A stretch of 64,000 nucleotides of DNA from Eledone cirrhosa (Eukaryota): NCBI GenBank assembly GCA_964016885.1, contig OZ024742.1:366792001-366856000 (forward strand), in the 5' to 3' direction. The position numbers and the translations under genes are program-made. The notes under the pieces were generated by a model, which saw only the letters and a program-made list of their open reading frames with translations, had not been told where the DNA came from and searched no databases. Below are positions 42,675 through 56,654 of the stretch, piece by piece (positions within the stretch are counted from its first letter, which is position 1; every line of letters begins with the position of its first letter).

Positions 42675-43120
42675 CACAGACACATACACACACACACTGC
42701 CGCACACACATACACACACACACTGCCGCACACACATACGCACACACACTGCCGCACACACACACGCATTGCCGCACACAAACACACACACACATACACA
42801 GACACACATACACACACACACACCGCCGCACACATACACACACTGCCGCACACATACACACACACACACTGCCGCAAACACATACGCACACACACTGCCG
42901 CACACACACACGCACTGCCGCAAACAAACACACACACACACATACACAGACACACGTACACACACACACACCGCCGCACACATACACACACTGCCGCACA
43001 CATACACACACACACACTGCCGCACACACATACACACACACACACCGCCGCACACATACACACACACACTGCCGCACACATACACACACACACTGCCGCA
43101 CACATACACACACTGTCGCA
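42675..43120. repeat. CTGCCGCACA(CA)n minisatellite
   Basis: Direct inspection. Confidence 0.85.
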
Positions 43121-43615
43121 CACGTAACACACACACAGACGCACACATACACACACAGACACCAACACATACACATACTGACGCACAACACTGATGCACA
43201 CACACTTGAACAATTGTACACGCACAGACACACACAGACACACACAGATACCCACGCATACACGCACTGACGCACACACACTTGCACCATTGTACACGCA
43301 CAGACACACACACACAAACACATACATAGACAGCCACACATACGCCCACACACTGACGCCCACACACTTGCACACACACACTTGCACACACACACGCACA
43401 GACACACTCACTCACACACACACACATCCACACACACACACACCTCCACACAAATGTACAAATATCTAACTCTATATTAGGACCTGTAAATGCCGTATTA
43501 TGTAAAACATTCATATATTAACTGATTGAGTACTCAATACCTGTGTAGAGTATAGAGTTACATTTTCTAAATAGAAAAGGGGCTGTAAGTTCTAAGTATT
43601 TACGTGTATGTGTGA

Positions 43616-43713
<98 letters not shown>

Positions 43714-43810
43714 CTATGTGTATGTATGTATGTATTTATCTATATGTGTATATATGTATGTATGTATCTATATGTGTATATGTATCTATATGTGTATATA
43801 TCTATGTGTG

Positions 43811-43845
<35 letters not shown>

Positions 43846-44027
43846 ATCTATCTTACTTTTCTTCTTCTCCTTTCCCTCCCAAATGTATTTTCTCTCTCCC
43901 TCTCTCTCTTTCTCTCTCTCTCTCACGATGAAGAATAATCGTCCTAAACGTTAAAACTGTCTTCCATCTACATCCTTCATTGACCTAATATATCTATTAT
44001 TGTATCCCTGTGGTATTTTTCTTTGCT

Positions 44028-44091
<64 letters not shown>

Positions 44092-44383
44092 GCTGATATG
44101 CAAATCCGGCGGATCAGTGGTATGCCAATATGCAACTCAGGCCGATCAATCACTCTATATTCCAGAAAATATAAAATATTTTCACTAAATCTAACAGTTG
44201 TCAAGTAAACAATCTACGGTACTAATGAAGGGTAATCACCCAGAAACGTTAGTGTCTGCCGTTCTGGTTACATGCTAACACAAGAACAAGAATGTCGGCG
44301 TCATTCTACTCACATGGCTTAAAGAGGCTGTTTGCATATTTGCAAACGAATCAAATATTATTATTGATATTCGAAAAATTCAG

Positions 44384-44440
<57 letters not shown>

Positions 44441-45702
44441 AAAACAAGATGGCGTAGGACAGAACAAAGGAGAGGCACAAAAACAAAGAAATGAATCCCC
44501 AGTCATTGAGGAGGTCACAGAATGTGTGACGAAAGAACTTTGACAATATATAAACAATCATCTGGTTGTGGAACCAACCAACCGGAAATTTATAAATTCC
44601 TAAATTTATAAATTTATTATAATAAATTGAAGTGAAGCAACTGGTGCGTGTGTTTCTTATTGGCAACATGACCCTACCAAAGTATAACAATATATATATA
44701 TATATATATTCGCTATAGGCTGAATAGTATCGCAATTGTCCTGGCTGGTTTCAAATCTATTTAGAACTTCGTCTTAAACAAGTTCCTTCATGTTCTGCTC
44801 GGGGCGCCATTGATAACATCGTATTTATAACACGAACCAATCAGCAATCAGCTAAACTGACCAACTAAATTTACATAACCAATCATTTGCAAGAAACATG
44901 ATTAATTAATTGATAACACACAAGCCATCGAATACACTCCGTTGTAATTAATATATATATGTGTGTGTGTGTGTGTGTGTTTCTATATATATATGTATAT
45001 ATATATACACATGCCGTTCTATCATATATATGTGTGTGTGTGTTTGTGTGTATTTCTATATATATGTATATATATATTCACATGCCGTTCTATCATATAT
45101 ATGTGTGTGTGTGTTTGTGTGTATTTCTATATATATGTATATATATATTCACATGCCGTTCTATCATATATATGTGTGTGTGTGTTTGTGTGTGTGTATT
45201 TCTATATATGTATATACACACATGACGTTCTATCATATATGTGTGTGTGTATGTGTGTGTGTGTAGGTTTATATATATATATTTAGAGGCAGTGACTAAG
45301 GAGTAATATATGGATAGATATCAATGAATATCTATATTCTCCCCACCTCTCTAGTGCCAAGTAGTAGGAAGACTGTTCTCTGTCCAATTAGTTTCTGTAC
45401 ACCTTCTAATACCATTGGGTGTGTATTTGTGTATGTATATATGTCTGTAAGTCGTTGAAGGCTGAGAGAAAAGAGTACTCAATAATTTAAATATTCGTCA
45501 TATTTTCCCCTCCTTTTCTCAGTCTCTAACCTCTTATTTTCTCTTATATTTCTCACTCAATCTCCTGATGAAGGGATAGTGTCCGACACGTTAATACTCT
45601 TCCTACTATATCAAACGTTAAACTATTATATTTCTTCTTGGACTGCTTTATTTTATTTGGTTACCTCTGTTTACCTTTTGCATATATATATTTATATATA
45701 TA

Positions 45703-45907
45703 TAGGAACAAGTATGACCCCGACGGCAGAGCTCAAGCCGTTTCGACGGCTATTTCTGGAATAAAATAGCCGTCCAGAAATAGCCGTCTAAATGGCTTGA
45801 GCTCTGTCGTCGAGGTCATACCTTTTCCTATTACCCGCTCTACTACCCTAAGTATTTAGTACTCTGGTGCGTTATGGTCCATCTGGTTCCTTACCACAAT
45901 TCCTTCG

Positions 45908-45910
<3 letters not shown>
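45703..45910. mobile_element. fold-back pLTR-like fragment (same family as 5968-6100)
   Basis: 45703-45760 inverted relative to 45773-45830. Confidence 0.65.
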
Positions 45911-45966
<56 letters not shown>

Positions 45967-45989
45967 TGTATGTATGTATGTATATATAC

Positions 45990-46990
45990 AAATCACCGGG
46001 AGATGACCCCTTAGCCTTTGTCAAGGCAGAATTCTAGGAGAAGGAAAACTCTGATATAACACCTGCAACCCTGATGGTATCCAATGATATTGACTTGTTC
46101 TTCTTTTTGGTAAATATCATCTTGGTTAAGAGAGTGGGACTGGCTTTGTGCAGTGCCTTTGCTCACTATAAAAGCTTCACGGCACAGGCATTGCTTTGTA
46201 TCTGGAGATCTCTCTGCACTTGTCGTCACATGGTACCATGGGCCTAGCACTGTGTCAATAATTGTCACAAGTGTAGTGTTTGTACCAGAGTTTTCAAGTC
46301 GCTGGCTGGACTAAAAAGTCACACTCGTTCAGCGCATCGGTATGGGTTCTCCTACATGGATATAAAGTAGTGGCCGTACTCGAAAACGAGTTGGCAGCCA
46401 CCATGTATATATATACATGTAACATGTATCCCAGTACAACCTGTCTCATGGTCGGGCCGTTGGCAACTAAACTGGCAACCCCACAAAGGTTTCTTGGTGA
46501 GGAGAGTGTCTTTGGACATCCTGCCTGACTAAAAACAAAACCTGTCAAAGGACAAAGGAGCTCTTAAGAGTCAATGGCCATCCAAAATCACCGGGAGAGA
46601 TGACCCCTTAGCCTTTGTCAAGGCAGAATTCTAGGAGAAGGAAAACTCTGATATAACACCTGCAACCCTGATGGTATCCAATGATGTTGACTTGTTCTTC
46701 TTTTTGGTAAATATCATCTTGGTTAAGAGAGTGGGACTGGCTTTGTGCAGTGCCTTTGCTCACTATAAAAGCTTCACGGCACATGCATTGCTTTATATCT
46801 GGAATCTCTCTGCACATGTCATCACATGGTACTATGTGTCAATAATTGTCACAAGTGTAGTGTTTGTACCAGAGTTTTCAAGTCGCTGGCTGGACTGAAA
46901 AGTTACACTCTTTCAGCGCATCGGTAGGCGTTATCCTGCATGGATATAAAGTAGTGGCCGTACTCGAAAACGAGTTGGCAGCCACCATAT
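45990..46990. repeat. about 410-bp direct duplication (45990-46405 / 46586-46990)
   Basis: Both start AAATCACCGGGAGA..TGACCCCTTAGCC and end GAGTTGGCAGCCACCAT followed by TA repeats. Confidence 0.85.
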
Positions 46991-47729
46991 ATGTATATAT
47001 ATATATATATACATCCTTTGGGTATCTTACCTACGAAATATGAGGTTTAAGGTGTTTACTATCAGTATAAACCGCATCACATATGTAGTGTTTCCTGTTA
47101 ATATAATCCTGTGACAAATTGTCACTTCCTGTAAATATCTTAAGGATGATCAGTGGTCGTAACCTCGTATGGTCCTCAGTAATCTCCACCGAACATTTGT
47201 CTAAGGAGCAGGATTGAATCTTTTTTCCTGAACAAATCAAATTCTGTTTCTATAATCAGTCATATTTCCGTAATTGGTGCTGCCACACTTTGTGTTGCCA
47301 TTCATGTCATATAATCATGTCTTCCTCATAGTATTTCAGGGGTCTTTATAAGTACTAGTCAGTGCCCCTCTACTCTCTAAGTGCCCTAACTGTAGCCTGT
47401 CAGTAAAGGCTAAACTTAGACACTAACCATGTCGAGGCCGGGTATCAAATCAATCTCTATATACAGACACCTGGTTTTGTATTAATATTTATTTAAATCG
47501 TAGATAACTTTATGTCCAGTATTGCAATAATGTTTCTTCGATGCACTTCACTTTATTTTCAAAGATAACCGGATATCCAGTATTGGAATAACGATTCTTT
47601 ATATCGTTTCCCTCTACTTTGAAACCGAAAGTATATGTCGTTCCGGACGGTTTTGAAATAACGTTTTTTTACATCGTTTGACTTTACTTTAAACGAGACA
47701 GTATATGTCGTTCCGTACGGTTTAGAAAT

Positions 47730-47850
47730 AATTGTTTCTACTTTTGGCACAAGGCCAGCAATTATCCCAGTGCATTACTGGTACTTTATTTTACCGACCC
47801 TGTAAGGACGAAAGGCAAATCTCGGCGGGATTTGAACTCAGATCATAAGG
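47730..47850 (-). mobile_element. family-1 SINE inside a local tandem repeat (GACAGTATATGTCGTTCCGTACGGTTTTGAAATA, 47620-48000)
   Basis: Reverse complement of the SINE 3' two-thirds. Confidence 0.75.
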
Positions 47851-48521
47851 GAGCCGTTTGACTTTACCTTAAAAGAGACAGTATATATCGTTCCGTACGG
47901 TTTTGATATAACATTTCTTTATATCGTTTGACTCTCCTGTAAAGGAGACAGTATATGTCGTTCCGTACGGTTTTGAAATAATTCGTCTTTATATCCTGTA
48001 CGACAAATGTTGAAATATATTTTCGTCAAAGGCGTTGAAATAAGTTTGATGTGTGTAGGTTATAATGTCGGTAGATAGGTATGTTGTGGCCAACAGTAAC
48101 TTTACCAACCAGCCAATAAAATATTGTTACTATCTATGTTCTGCCTCTCTGACGTGCAGAACTTCGGGTGGATGTAGTCTCATTGATACAACAGACAGAA
48201 TTGAAAATGCAGATAAAATAAATACTTCTAGCTTTCATTTAACCACACTACCATTTGATTAAACTCAATTTCTTGACTGCAGATTTTTCCCCAGTAAGAA
48301 GCCATATTTTCCTCATTGGAAGGAAGCCTCTATGATTTTTATTGATCACGCCCACCCTATTATTTATCTGAAGATTTGTGATCGATTGCGGCTGAATTTC
48401 TTATTGTTCCTTTAACAGTTCTCGTTTGGTGACTATCTCTGACAGTCTTTAAGACTTTTGCTGTTGAAAGATTTATATGAACTTCTTATTTTTTACTGCA
48501 TTTTTCGACATTCTCTTACAG

Positions 48522-48574
48522 GCTTCTTGTCGGTATGGCATATGCACAATAATAAGAGAGGAAGATGGAGATTG
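48522..48574 (+). other. candidate 53-nt internal exon of an unidentified host gene
   Basis: Pyrimidine tract + TTCTCTTACAG| acceptor and TTG|GTGAGC donor in unique sequence; two of three frames open. Confidence 0.3.
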
Positions 48575-48883
48575 GTGAGCCAGACTACGGCATCATTTGT
48601 ATGTTTTTGCTCGTGAAAAATTTAGAGAGCACTTTGTCTATATTTCAACGATATCACCTCATAACTAATAGATTTTTCGCAGATCAGTTATATTTTTTAA
48701 TCGATTCTTCAAATCTACGATGGTATTTTCGATAGCTTTGAAAGTAGAAAAATAAAATCTACTGCCCAAACTTGTGCAGATTTGGCTGGCGTCCTAGAAG
48801 GTTGCATTTCAAAGATTTCTCCGGTTTGAAAGATGGGGGCATCAGTCTTACAATGAAAAGCAACGTGTAATAAAGAATCTTGT

Positions 48884-51738
48884 TCAGGAACCCACAACCA
48901 ACCATCAAGCCCAGAAACGCACCACCTACCATCCAGCCCAGGAACCCACAACTTACCATCCAGCCCAGAAACGCACCACCTACCATCCAACCCAGAAACC
49001 CACCACCTACCATCCAACCCAGAAACCCACCACCTACCGTCCACCCCAGAAACCCACCACCTACCATCCAGCCCAGAAACCCACCACCTACCGTCCAACC
49101 GAGAAACCCACCACCTACCGTCCAACCCAGAAACCCACCACCTACCGTCCACCCCAGAAACCCACCACCTACCGTCCACCCCAGGAACCCACCACCTACC
49201 TTCCAACCCACAAACACACCACCTACCGTCCAACCCAGAAACCCACCACCTACCTTCCAACCCAGAAACCCACCACCTACCATCCAACCCAGAAACCCAC
49301 CACCTACCTTCCACCCCAGAAACCCACCACCTACCGTCCAACCCAGGAACCCACCACCTACAGTCCAACCCAGGAACCCACCACCTACCTTCCACCCCAG
49401 AAACCCACCACCTACCGTCCAACCCAGGAACCCACCACCTACAGTCCAACCCAGAAACCCACCACCTACCTTCCAACCCAGAAACCCACCACCTACCTTC
49501 CACCCCAGAAACCCACCACCTATCTTCCAACCCACAAACACACCACCTACCGTCCAACCCAGAAACCCACCACCTACAATCCAACCCAGGAACCCACCAC
49601 CTACCGTCCAACCCAGGAACCCACCACCTACCATCCAACCCAGAAACCCACCACCTACCTTCCAACCCAGAAACCCACCACCTACCTTCCAACCCAGAAA
49701 CCCACCACCTACCATCCAACCCAGAAACCCACCACCTACCTTCCACCCCAGAAACCCACCACCTACCGTCCAACCCAGGAACCCACCACCTACCGTCCAA
49801 CCCAGGAACCCACCACCTACAGTCCAACCCAGGAACCCACCACCTACCTTCCACCCCAGAAACCCACCACCTACCATCCAACCCAGGAACCCACCACCTA
49901 CCTTCCACCCCAGAAACCCACCACCTACCGTCCAACCCAGGAACCCACCACCTACAGTCCAACCCAGAAACCCACCACCTACCTTCCAACCCAGAAACCC
50001 ACCACCTACCTTCCAACCCACAAACACACCACCTACCGTCCAACCCAGAAACCCACCACCTACCGTCCAACCCAGGAACCCACCACCTACCGTCCAACCC
50101 AGAAACCCACCACCTACCATCCAGCCCAGAAACCCACCACCTACCTTCCAACCCAGAAACCCACCACCTACCGTCCAACCCAGGAACCCACCACCTACCT
50201 TCCAACCCAGAAACACACCACCTACCGTCCAACCCAGGAACCCACCACCTACCGTCCACCCCAGAAACCCACCACCTACCTTCCAACCCAGAAACCCACC
50301 ACCTACCGTCCAACCCAGGAACCCACCACCTACCATCCAGCCCAGAAACCCACCACCTACCGTCCACCCCAGAAACCCACCACCTACCGTCCAACCCAGA
50401 AACCCACCACCTACCGTCCAACCCAGGAACCCACCACCTACCGTCCAGCCCAGGAACCCACCACCTACCGTCCAACCCAGAAACCCACCACCTACCTTCC
50501 AACCCAGGAACCCACCACCTACCTTCCAACCCAGAAACCCACCACCTACCGTCCAACCCAGGAACCCACCACCTACCATCCAACCCAGAAACCCACCACC
50601 TACCGTCCAACCCAGGAACCCACCACCTACCTTCCAACCCAGAAACCCACCACCTACCGTCCAACCCAGGAACCCACCACCTACCATCCACCCCAGAAAC
50701 CCACCACCTACCGTCCAACCCAGGAACCCACCACCTACCATCCAACCCAGAAACCCACCACCTACCGTCTAACCCAGGAACCCACCACCTACCATCCAGC
50801 CCAGGAACCCACCACCCTACCATCCAACCCAGAAACCCACCACCTACCGTCCAGCCCAGGAACCCACCACCTACCGTCCACCCCAGAAACCCACCACCTA
50901 CCGTCCAGCCCAGGAACCCACCACCTACCGTCCACCCCAGAAACCCACCACCTACCGTCCAACCCAGGAACCCACCACCTACCATCCACCCCAGAAACCC
51001 ACCACCTACCGTCCAACCCAGGAACCCACCACCTACCATCCACCCCAGAAACCCACCACCTACCATCCAACCCAGGAACCCACCACCTACCGTCCAGCCC
51101 AGGAACCCACCACCTACCTTCCAACCCAGGAACCCACCACCTACCATCCACCCCAGAAACCCACCACCTACCATCCAACCCAGGAACCCACCACCTACCG
51201 TCCAGCCCAGGAACCCACCACCTACCGTCCAACCCAGGAACCCACCACCTACCGTCCAGCCCAGGAACCCACCACCCTACCGTCCAGCCCAGGAACCCAC
51301 CACCTACCGTCCAGCCCAGGAACCCACCACCTACCATCCACCCCAGGAACCCACCACCCTACCGTCCAGCCCAGGAACCCACCACCTACCGTCCAGCCCA
51401 GGAACCCACCACCTACCGTCCACCCCAGGAACCCACCACCCTACCGTCCAGCCCAGGAACCCACCACCTACCGTCCAGCCCAGGAACCCACCACCTACCA
51501 TCCACCCCAGGAACCCACCACCCTAGCGTCCAGCCCAGGAACCCACCACCTACCATCCAGCCCAGAAACCCACACCCTACCGTCCAGCCCAGGAACCCAC
51601 CACCTACCGTCCAACCCAGGAACCCACCACCTACCGTCCAACCCAGGAACCCACCACCCTACCGTCCAACCCAGGAACCCACCACCTACCATCCAGCCCA
51701 GAAACCCACACCCTACCGTCCAGCCCAGGAACCCACCA
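48884..51738. repeat. 27-bp minisatellite, roughly 100 units
   Basis: CCCAGAAACCCACCACCTACCGTCCAA; 28-bp indel variants beyond 50800. Confidence 0.95.
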
Positions 51739-52426
51739 TCATGTCATAGTCCAACATTCTAAACACTTGGCAACGGTTTTACTTTTTGATTGCTTTGCTT
51801 CTAAGAGTGTGTATACATGTGCGTGTACATGTTTGTATACATGAGTGTATACATGTGTGTATACATGAGTGTATACATGAGTGTATACATGTGTGTATAC
51901 ATGAGTGTATACATGTGTGTATACATGAGTGTATACATGAGTGTATACATGTGCGTATATACATGTGTGAATATACGTGAGTTCTCAAGTGCATCCATGT
52001 ACATGTGGGTGTGTGTGAAGGTGAGAGAGTATGTGGTTGTATGCGCTTCTGTTTGAAAACGTGTGTACATCCAAATGTGTATGTATGCGTGTGTTTGCAA
52101 ATGTGTGAATGTACCTTGATCGCATGTGTGTGTGTGTGGAAGCTTCTATGGATGTACGTGTGTTGCATGTATATCAACATATGTCCATATACAGACCAAA
52201 TTCTCTGCTACTCTCAAAGAAATTGATCTCGTGTTCTAATCGCTAGAAATTGTTTTAGCCAGTCAACTCATTTTGTCGTCTGCTTTCAACCTTTTCGTTG
52301 CTAATAACCTTAACATGAATAAGCCTACCTTCACAGGATATTTCTCCAGACAACTACTACACATAAGACCGTTTTAAATCTTTTAATAAATTCCATCTCA
52401 CGGTATTTTCACAGCACATACATGAT

Positions 52427-52465
<39 letters not shown>

Positions 52466-55400
52466 TATTTCTTTTATTTGCCACTAGGGCATCAAAAGTG
52501 GGACAAGTACAAAGGGGGGAGTTTACACAAAAAGGCGTCCTCAATAAGGAGGAGGCAATAACAAAATATAAAAATAAAATAAGATATAACAAAAAATAAA
52601 ATTTTTAACAAAATCCTCAATAGAGAGGAGGCGCCTTGGGGGGTCGCACACACCCCCGAAAAAAGTGTGCAACCCTTCTCCTCAGGAGCACAGAGAAGGG
52701 GTGCTCCCTTGGTCTTTCATCTTCCTCACCTATAGTCTGATGTAGAGTGAAGGCCCATTCACACGGGCCATTCTCGCCACTTTCACCCATCTTTCATAGA
52801 AACGGCTGGGGTGCAGCACCTCTCTCTCCATCCTGATCCTTCTTCCGAAATGATATCGGAAGAAACGGACCAGTTGTTGGCCAGAGAGAAAGGTGCCCGA
52901 CCTCAGTCCTTTCAGACGCGTCCACCATACAACCTCTTTCGCCATGGCTATTACGCACAGAAACACCGCCTCTGCTTCATCTTTGAAGGGGGGAGGCGGC
53001 TTGATCATTACAATAGACTCGGTGGTCAACCGGATCGGTCCCACCCTTGACAGCAGTTGTTCGACATAGCCCCACAGATCGGCTACGCCCGAGCAGTGTA
53101 CTAATGCGTGTGCAACGGTTTCCTCGTCGCACACGCATCTGGGACAGATCTTTTTGGCGGGGTCCCTACCCGGGCGCCCGTGTCTGTAGAGCCTTTCTCG
53201 AACGGGTAAAGCCCCTCGGTAGCACTGCCAGGCCAGGGACTTCTGGAAGTTGTCCATAGGTCCCGGGCTGAATGTCCTACCGAACAGGCTGGCCAGTTCG
53301 TCCTCCTCCATGTCTAGGGCTTCTCCGAGGGCGTCGTCGCACCTGCTGCGTACCAGCCCTCTATAGAATGTTGCGGTGGAGTCTCCACTGATAACCGGAT
53401 CCGCCTGCCAGAGGGTGGTGAGCGCCTGGGCACACTCAGTGTGCCAGGCGCCCAGTTTTCTCGGTCTTTGCTTGACCCAGGATTGCAGCTCGGTGAGTGA
53501 GACGAGTCTGGGAAAGGTTCGTCTCACAAACGAGGCCCACACCGGTTGTCCGGTGAGGAATACGTAGAGGTGCCGTAGCCTTAATGCGTGTTTACGCATC
53601 ATTAGCCACGGCATCCCCAGCCCTCCTTTCGAAGGGTGTTGACAGCAGATGGATCTCCTCACCATAGGAGCCCGCCTCTTCCAAAGGAATTGGAAGAGCG
53701 CGCGCTCCATCTTGGTGAGGGTTTCCCTTGGGCAGGGCACTACGGTCAGGCGGTAGTAGATGACGGACGCTATGTAGGTGTTCGCCACCTCCGCCCGGCC
53801 TTTCAGGGATAGTTTGCAACTGGCCCACTTCTGGGTCAGTGCAAACACCCTGTTCGTAACCTCCGCCCAGTTTTTCTCCACCTGGAGGTCCGGTCCGAAC
53901 CAGACCCCGAGCAACTTCACCGGGCCCTCCGTCCAGCGTCCGACGACGCTATCGGAGGGCATCGGTCTGCCCCTCCACGTGCCGAGTTGCAAACCGATCG
54001 ACTTGTCCCGGTTCAGCTTAGCCCCTGTGAACTTTTCGTACTCCTCCAGTAAGGTGCCGACCGCCTCGATTTCGGAGGCCGTCGACACCATTACTGTCAC
54101 GTCATCGGCGTAGGCCGACACCGCTTTCCGCAATCCCGGTTCCAAAGGGATGCCCTGCAACAACTCCAACTTCCGCAGTAGTGGCTCGAGAGTCAACACA
54201 TACAGAAGGGAGGAGAGAGGGCACCCTTGTCGGATGGACCGCGCGATTTTGAACGGCTCCGAGAGGTAGCCGTTCACCTTGACCCTAGAGCAGATGCGGC
54301 TGCTGTGCATAGCAGTGATCCAGCCCCTGAAAACGGGTCCGAAGCCTGCCGCCGCTAGCACCGCATCCAGGTAACCATGGTCGACCCTATCGAACGCCTT
54401 AGATTGATCCAAGTTGATCAGAGCCCCACCAAAGCCGGGTTCGTTCCCAACCCTCTCTATGATGTATCGCATGAGGTGGAGGTTGTCATGGATGGACCTG
54501 GACGGGATAGCGCATGTCTGCGCATCTCCCACCAGGTTGCCCACGACAAGCGCCAACCTCTTTGCTAGCACCTTGGCCAAAATCTGTAACTCTGTATTTA
54601 GCAGTGTTATGGGCCTGAAGTTACTTATTTCGTCCCCCTTGTTCTCGTCCTTCCTCACTAGCGTGACTACGCCCTTGGTCACAGTACAGGGAATTCTCCC
54701 GTTCTGTTGCCAGTTGCAGTAGACCGCCTCGAGGAGATCGGGGAACAAGTCCGGCATAGCTAGATATAATTCGTAAGGAAGACCATCGAGACCCGGGGAT
54801 TTGCGTTTGCCGCATTGGCTCAGCACGTCCTCTATCTCAGCGGCCGAAATCGGCTCTTCGCAGGACTTCGCCTCCCTGTCCGAGAGGCGCGGCAGGCCGT
54901 CGAGGTATGGACCGAAGTCCACGTTCCCAACCGGCTCCCCGCCCCTCCCGAACAGTCGGGCAAAGTGCCTTTGAAAGGCCTCACACATCTGCTTAGGCTC
55001 AAGAATCGCCCGTCCATCCAGGTCTCGCAAAGACCGGATGGTGGATTTAGTTCCACTGTTGGCCTCTGTCACGCGGGCCCAGCTAACAGCTTTGGTCCCC
55101 TCGTTCCCTAGAGCACGTATTTTACTTCGGACAACGCAGCCTTCGTGCTTCGCGTCGAAAAACTGGCTCAAAGCCGTTCTCGACGCTAGCACTCTGGCCA
55201 CGTCGCCGCTTCTAATTGCCTCTTCTACTCTATCTATTAGCTCCCTTTCCTTCCTATTCCTATCCGCAGCTAGAACCTTACTAAATTCTATCGAGACTAC
55301 TCTAATCTCTCTCTTTAGAGATACCCACCACCTGCTGTTGACGATCGCTCCAGTCAACCGTTCCTTAACTAACGTACTAATCCGATTCCTGTAGGCTCTA

Positions 55401-56654
55401 CTTGCCGGCAAGGACAAGTTGAGCTTCCAGTAACCGGGGCCCTGTCTATGAGTTCTGTCAAGGTTGACCATGCAGGTCACTAATTTGTGGTCTGAATAGC
55501 CAACAATGCGCATTTTTGGACAACTTAAAAAGTCCTTATCCTTAATTCTAACTAAGAACCTATCTAGGTACGACCTAGATGATCCGCTACGATTTGCCCA
55601 AGTCCAGGTTGGCGCAGTCGGAAAATCTAGTCGATATCTATCGGCCAGGTCAAATCGACCGATTAACCCTTTGAGGCTATTACACCCCTCTCTATCGGGG
55701 CAGGCCCCTACGTAGTCCCAGCGTGCATCTAGGATACCATTCCAGTCCCCCACTAATAGCAAGGAGCGGGACGTCCCTAGAAAAGTCTCCAGACGATGGA
55801 AGAAGTCCGGCCGCATTGACCCGAAAGGGCCGTAGGCGGCTACCAACCTAAACGCTCCGCCTTTACCACTGCCAAGGTCCAGAACCACTAGTCGACCCTC
55901 CGGGTCCAAATGTACCATCTGTGTTGCGAGACCCAGATGTTTTTGCAGCAGAACGACAACTCCACCCCCACCTCCGGGCTGACAGAGAGATGCGTGCATC
56001 TCAAAGTCATCAAAGGTGGGGGCCAGCTGTCGCACGTTGCTGATCCGGGCCTCGCAAATAACCATCACATCTATACGTTGTGACCTGAGGTCATTTAGAA
56101 GCATTGCTTGCTTCCAAGTTGAGCCCAGGCCACGCGCATTTAAACAGCCTACTCTTAGCATAGCCATGTTGGTGGTGAAGAGAAAAGGCACTTACCTCTC
56201 TGCGTCCCGGGTATCGGGCTGCACAATTTCCATTAGGGTGGGGGATGGGTTGTTGGGTGGGGTGGTGGTTTGTGGAAGTGTGGGGGCATCAGTGTGTTGT
56301 GTGGTTGGGGAGCTTGGAGTTGTGAGGGTGTTTGGGGAGGGGGTGGGATAGTTTTTTAGGAGGACGCGGTTAATGGGCCCGACGCAGGGGGGACCCACGT
56401 CCTCTTTAAAATTGTTTTTTAAAGTTTTATAGGTGTCCTGTGGGGCCTTAATCATTTTGAGGTGGGGGAAATCCCCTGCCTGGGTGAAGTTAGGCCCTTG
56501 TGTTTTTATTAGATTGTTGTTGTACACAATGTTTAACAGTTTTTTGTTTCTTGTATTTATGTATGTGTATGCATGTTTTTGTTTTTGTGTGGTGTTTTTT
56601 GTTTGCTGTTGTGAGCTCTTTTGTGTTGGTGTCAGTATTATGTTTTGGGGAGGG
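52466..56654 (-). mobile_element. Tx1/L1-clade LINE B, 5'-truncated within ORF1
   Basis: ORF1 remnant 56192-56654, intact ORF2, about 260-nt 3' UTR with AATAAA; (GATA)n on both sides (52428-52465, 56655-56680). Confidence 0.92.
52730..56167 (-). CDS. LINE ORF2: APE endonuclease + reverse transcriptase + C-terminal zinc finger (1145 aa from ATG 56167)
   Basis: LNARG, GDWN, YLDRF, SDH, WKLN, SPGLDG, FRPITLLN, DQSKAFDRV, QGCPLS, YADD, CPRC...ETVAHALVHC. Confidence 0.95.
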   Translation of the reverse strand: MAMLRVGCLNARGLGSTWKQAMLLNDLRSQRIDVMVICEARISNVRQLAPTFDDFEMHASLCQPGGGGGVVVLLQKHLGLATQMVHLDPEGRLVVLDLGSGKGGAFRLVAAYGPFGSMRPDFFHRLETFLGTSRSLLLVGDWNGILDARWDYVGACPDREGCNSLKGLIGRFDLADRYRLDFPTAPTWTWANRSGSSRSYLDRFLVRIKDKDFLSCPKMRIVGYSDHKLVTCMVNLDRTHRQGPGYWKLNLSLPASRAYRNRISTLVKERLTGAIVNSRWWVSLKREIRVVSIEFSKVLAADRNRKERELIDRVEEAIRSGDVARVLASRTALSQFFDAKHEGCVVRSKIRALGNEGTKAVSWARVTEANSGTKSTIRSLRDLDGRAILEPKQMCEAFQRHFARLFGRGGEPVGNVDFGPYLDGLPRLSDREAKSCEEPISAAEIEDVLSQCGKRKSPGLDGLPYELYLAMPDLFPDLLEAVYCNWQQNGRIPCTVTKGVVTLVRKDENKGDEISNFRPITLLNTELQILAKVLAKRLALVVGNLVGDAQTCAIPSRSIHDNLHLMRYIIERVGNEPGFGGALINLDQSKAFDRVDHGYLDAVLAAAGFGPVFRGWITAMHSSRICSRVKVNGYLSEPFKIARSIRQGCPLSSLLYVLTLEPLLRKLELLQGIPLEPGLRKAVSAYADDVTVMVSTASEIEAVGTLLEEYEKFTGAKLNRDKSIGLQLGTWRGRPMPSDSVVGRWTEGPVKLLGVWFGPDLQVEKNWAEVTNRVFALTQKWASCKLSLKGRAEVANTYIASVIYYRLTVVPCPRETLTKMERALFQFLWKRRAPMVRRSICCQHPSKGGLGMPWLMMRKHALRLRHLYVFLTGQPVWASFVRRTFPRLVSLTELQSWVKQRPRKLGAWHTECAQALTTLWQADPVISGDSTATFYRGLVRSRCDDALGEALDMEEDELASLFGRTFSPGPMDNFQKSLAWQCYRGALPVRERLYRHGRPGRDPAKKICPRCVCDEETVAHALVHCSGVADLWGYVEQLLSRVGPIRLTTESIVMIKPPPPFKDEAEAVFLCVIAMAKEVVWWTRLKGLRSGTFLSGQQLVRFFRYHFGRRIRMEREVLHPSRFYERWVKVARMARVNGPSLYIRL

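Noticed and set aside
48715-51692. PRNPPPTVQ / GWTVGGGFL repeat proteins
   Set aside because: 27-bp minisatellite open in three frames; 1-nt indel units break the frame beyond 50800
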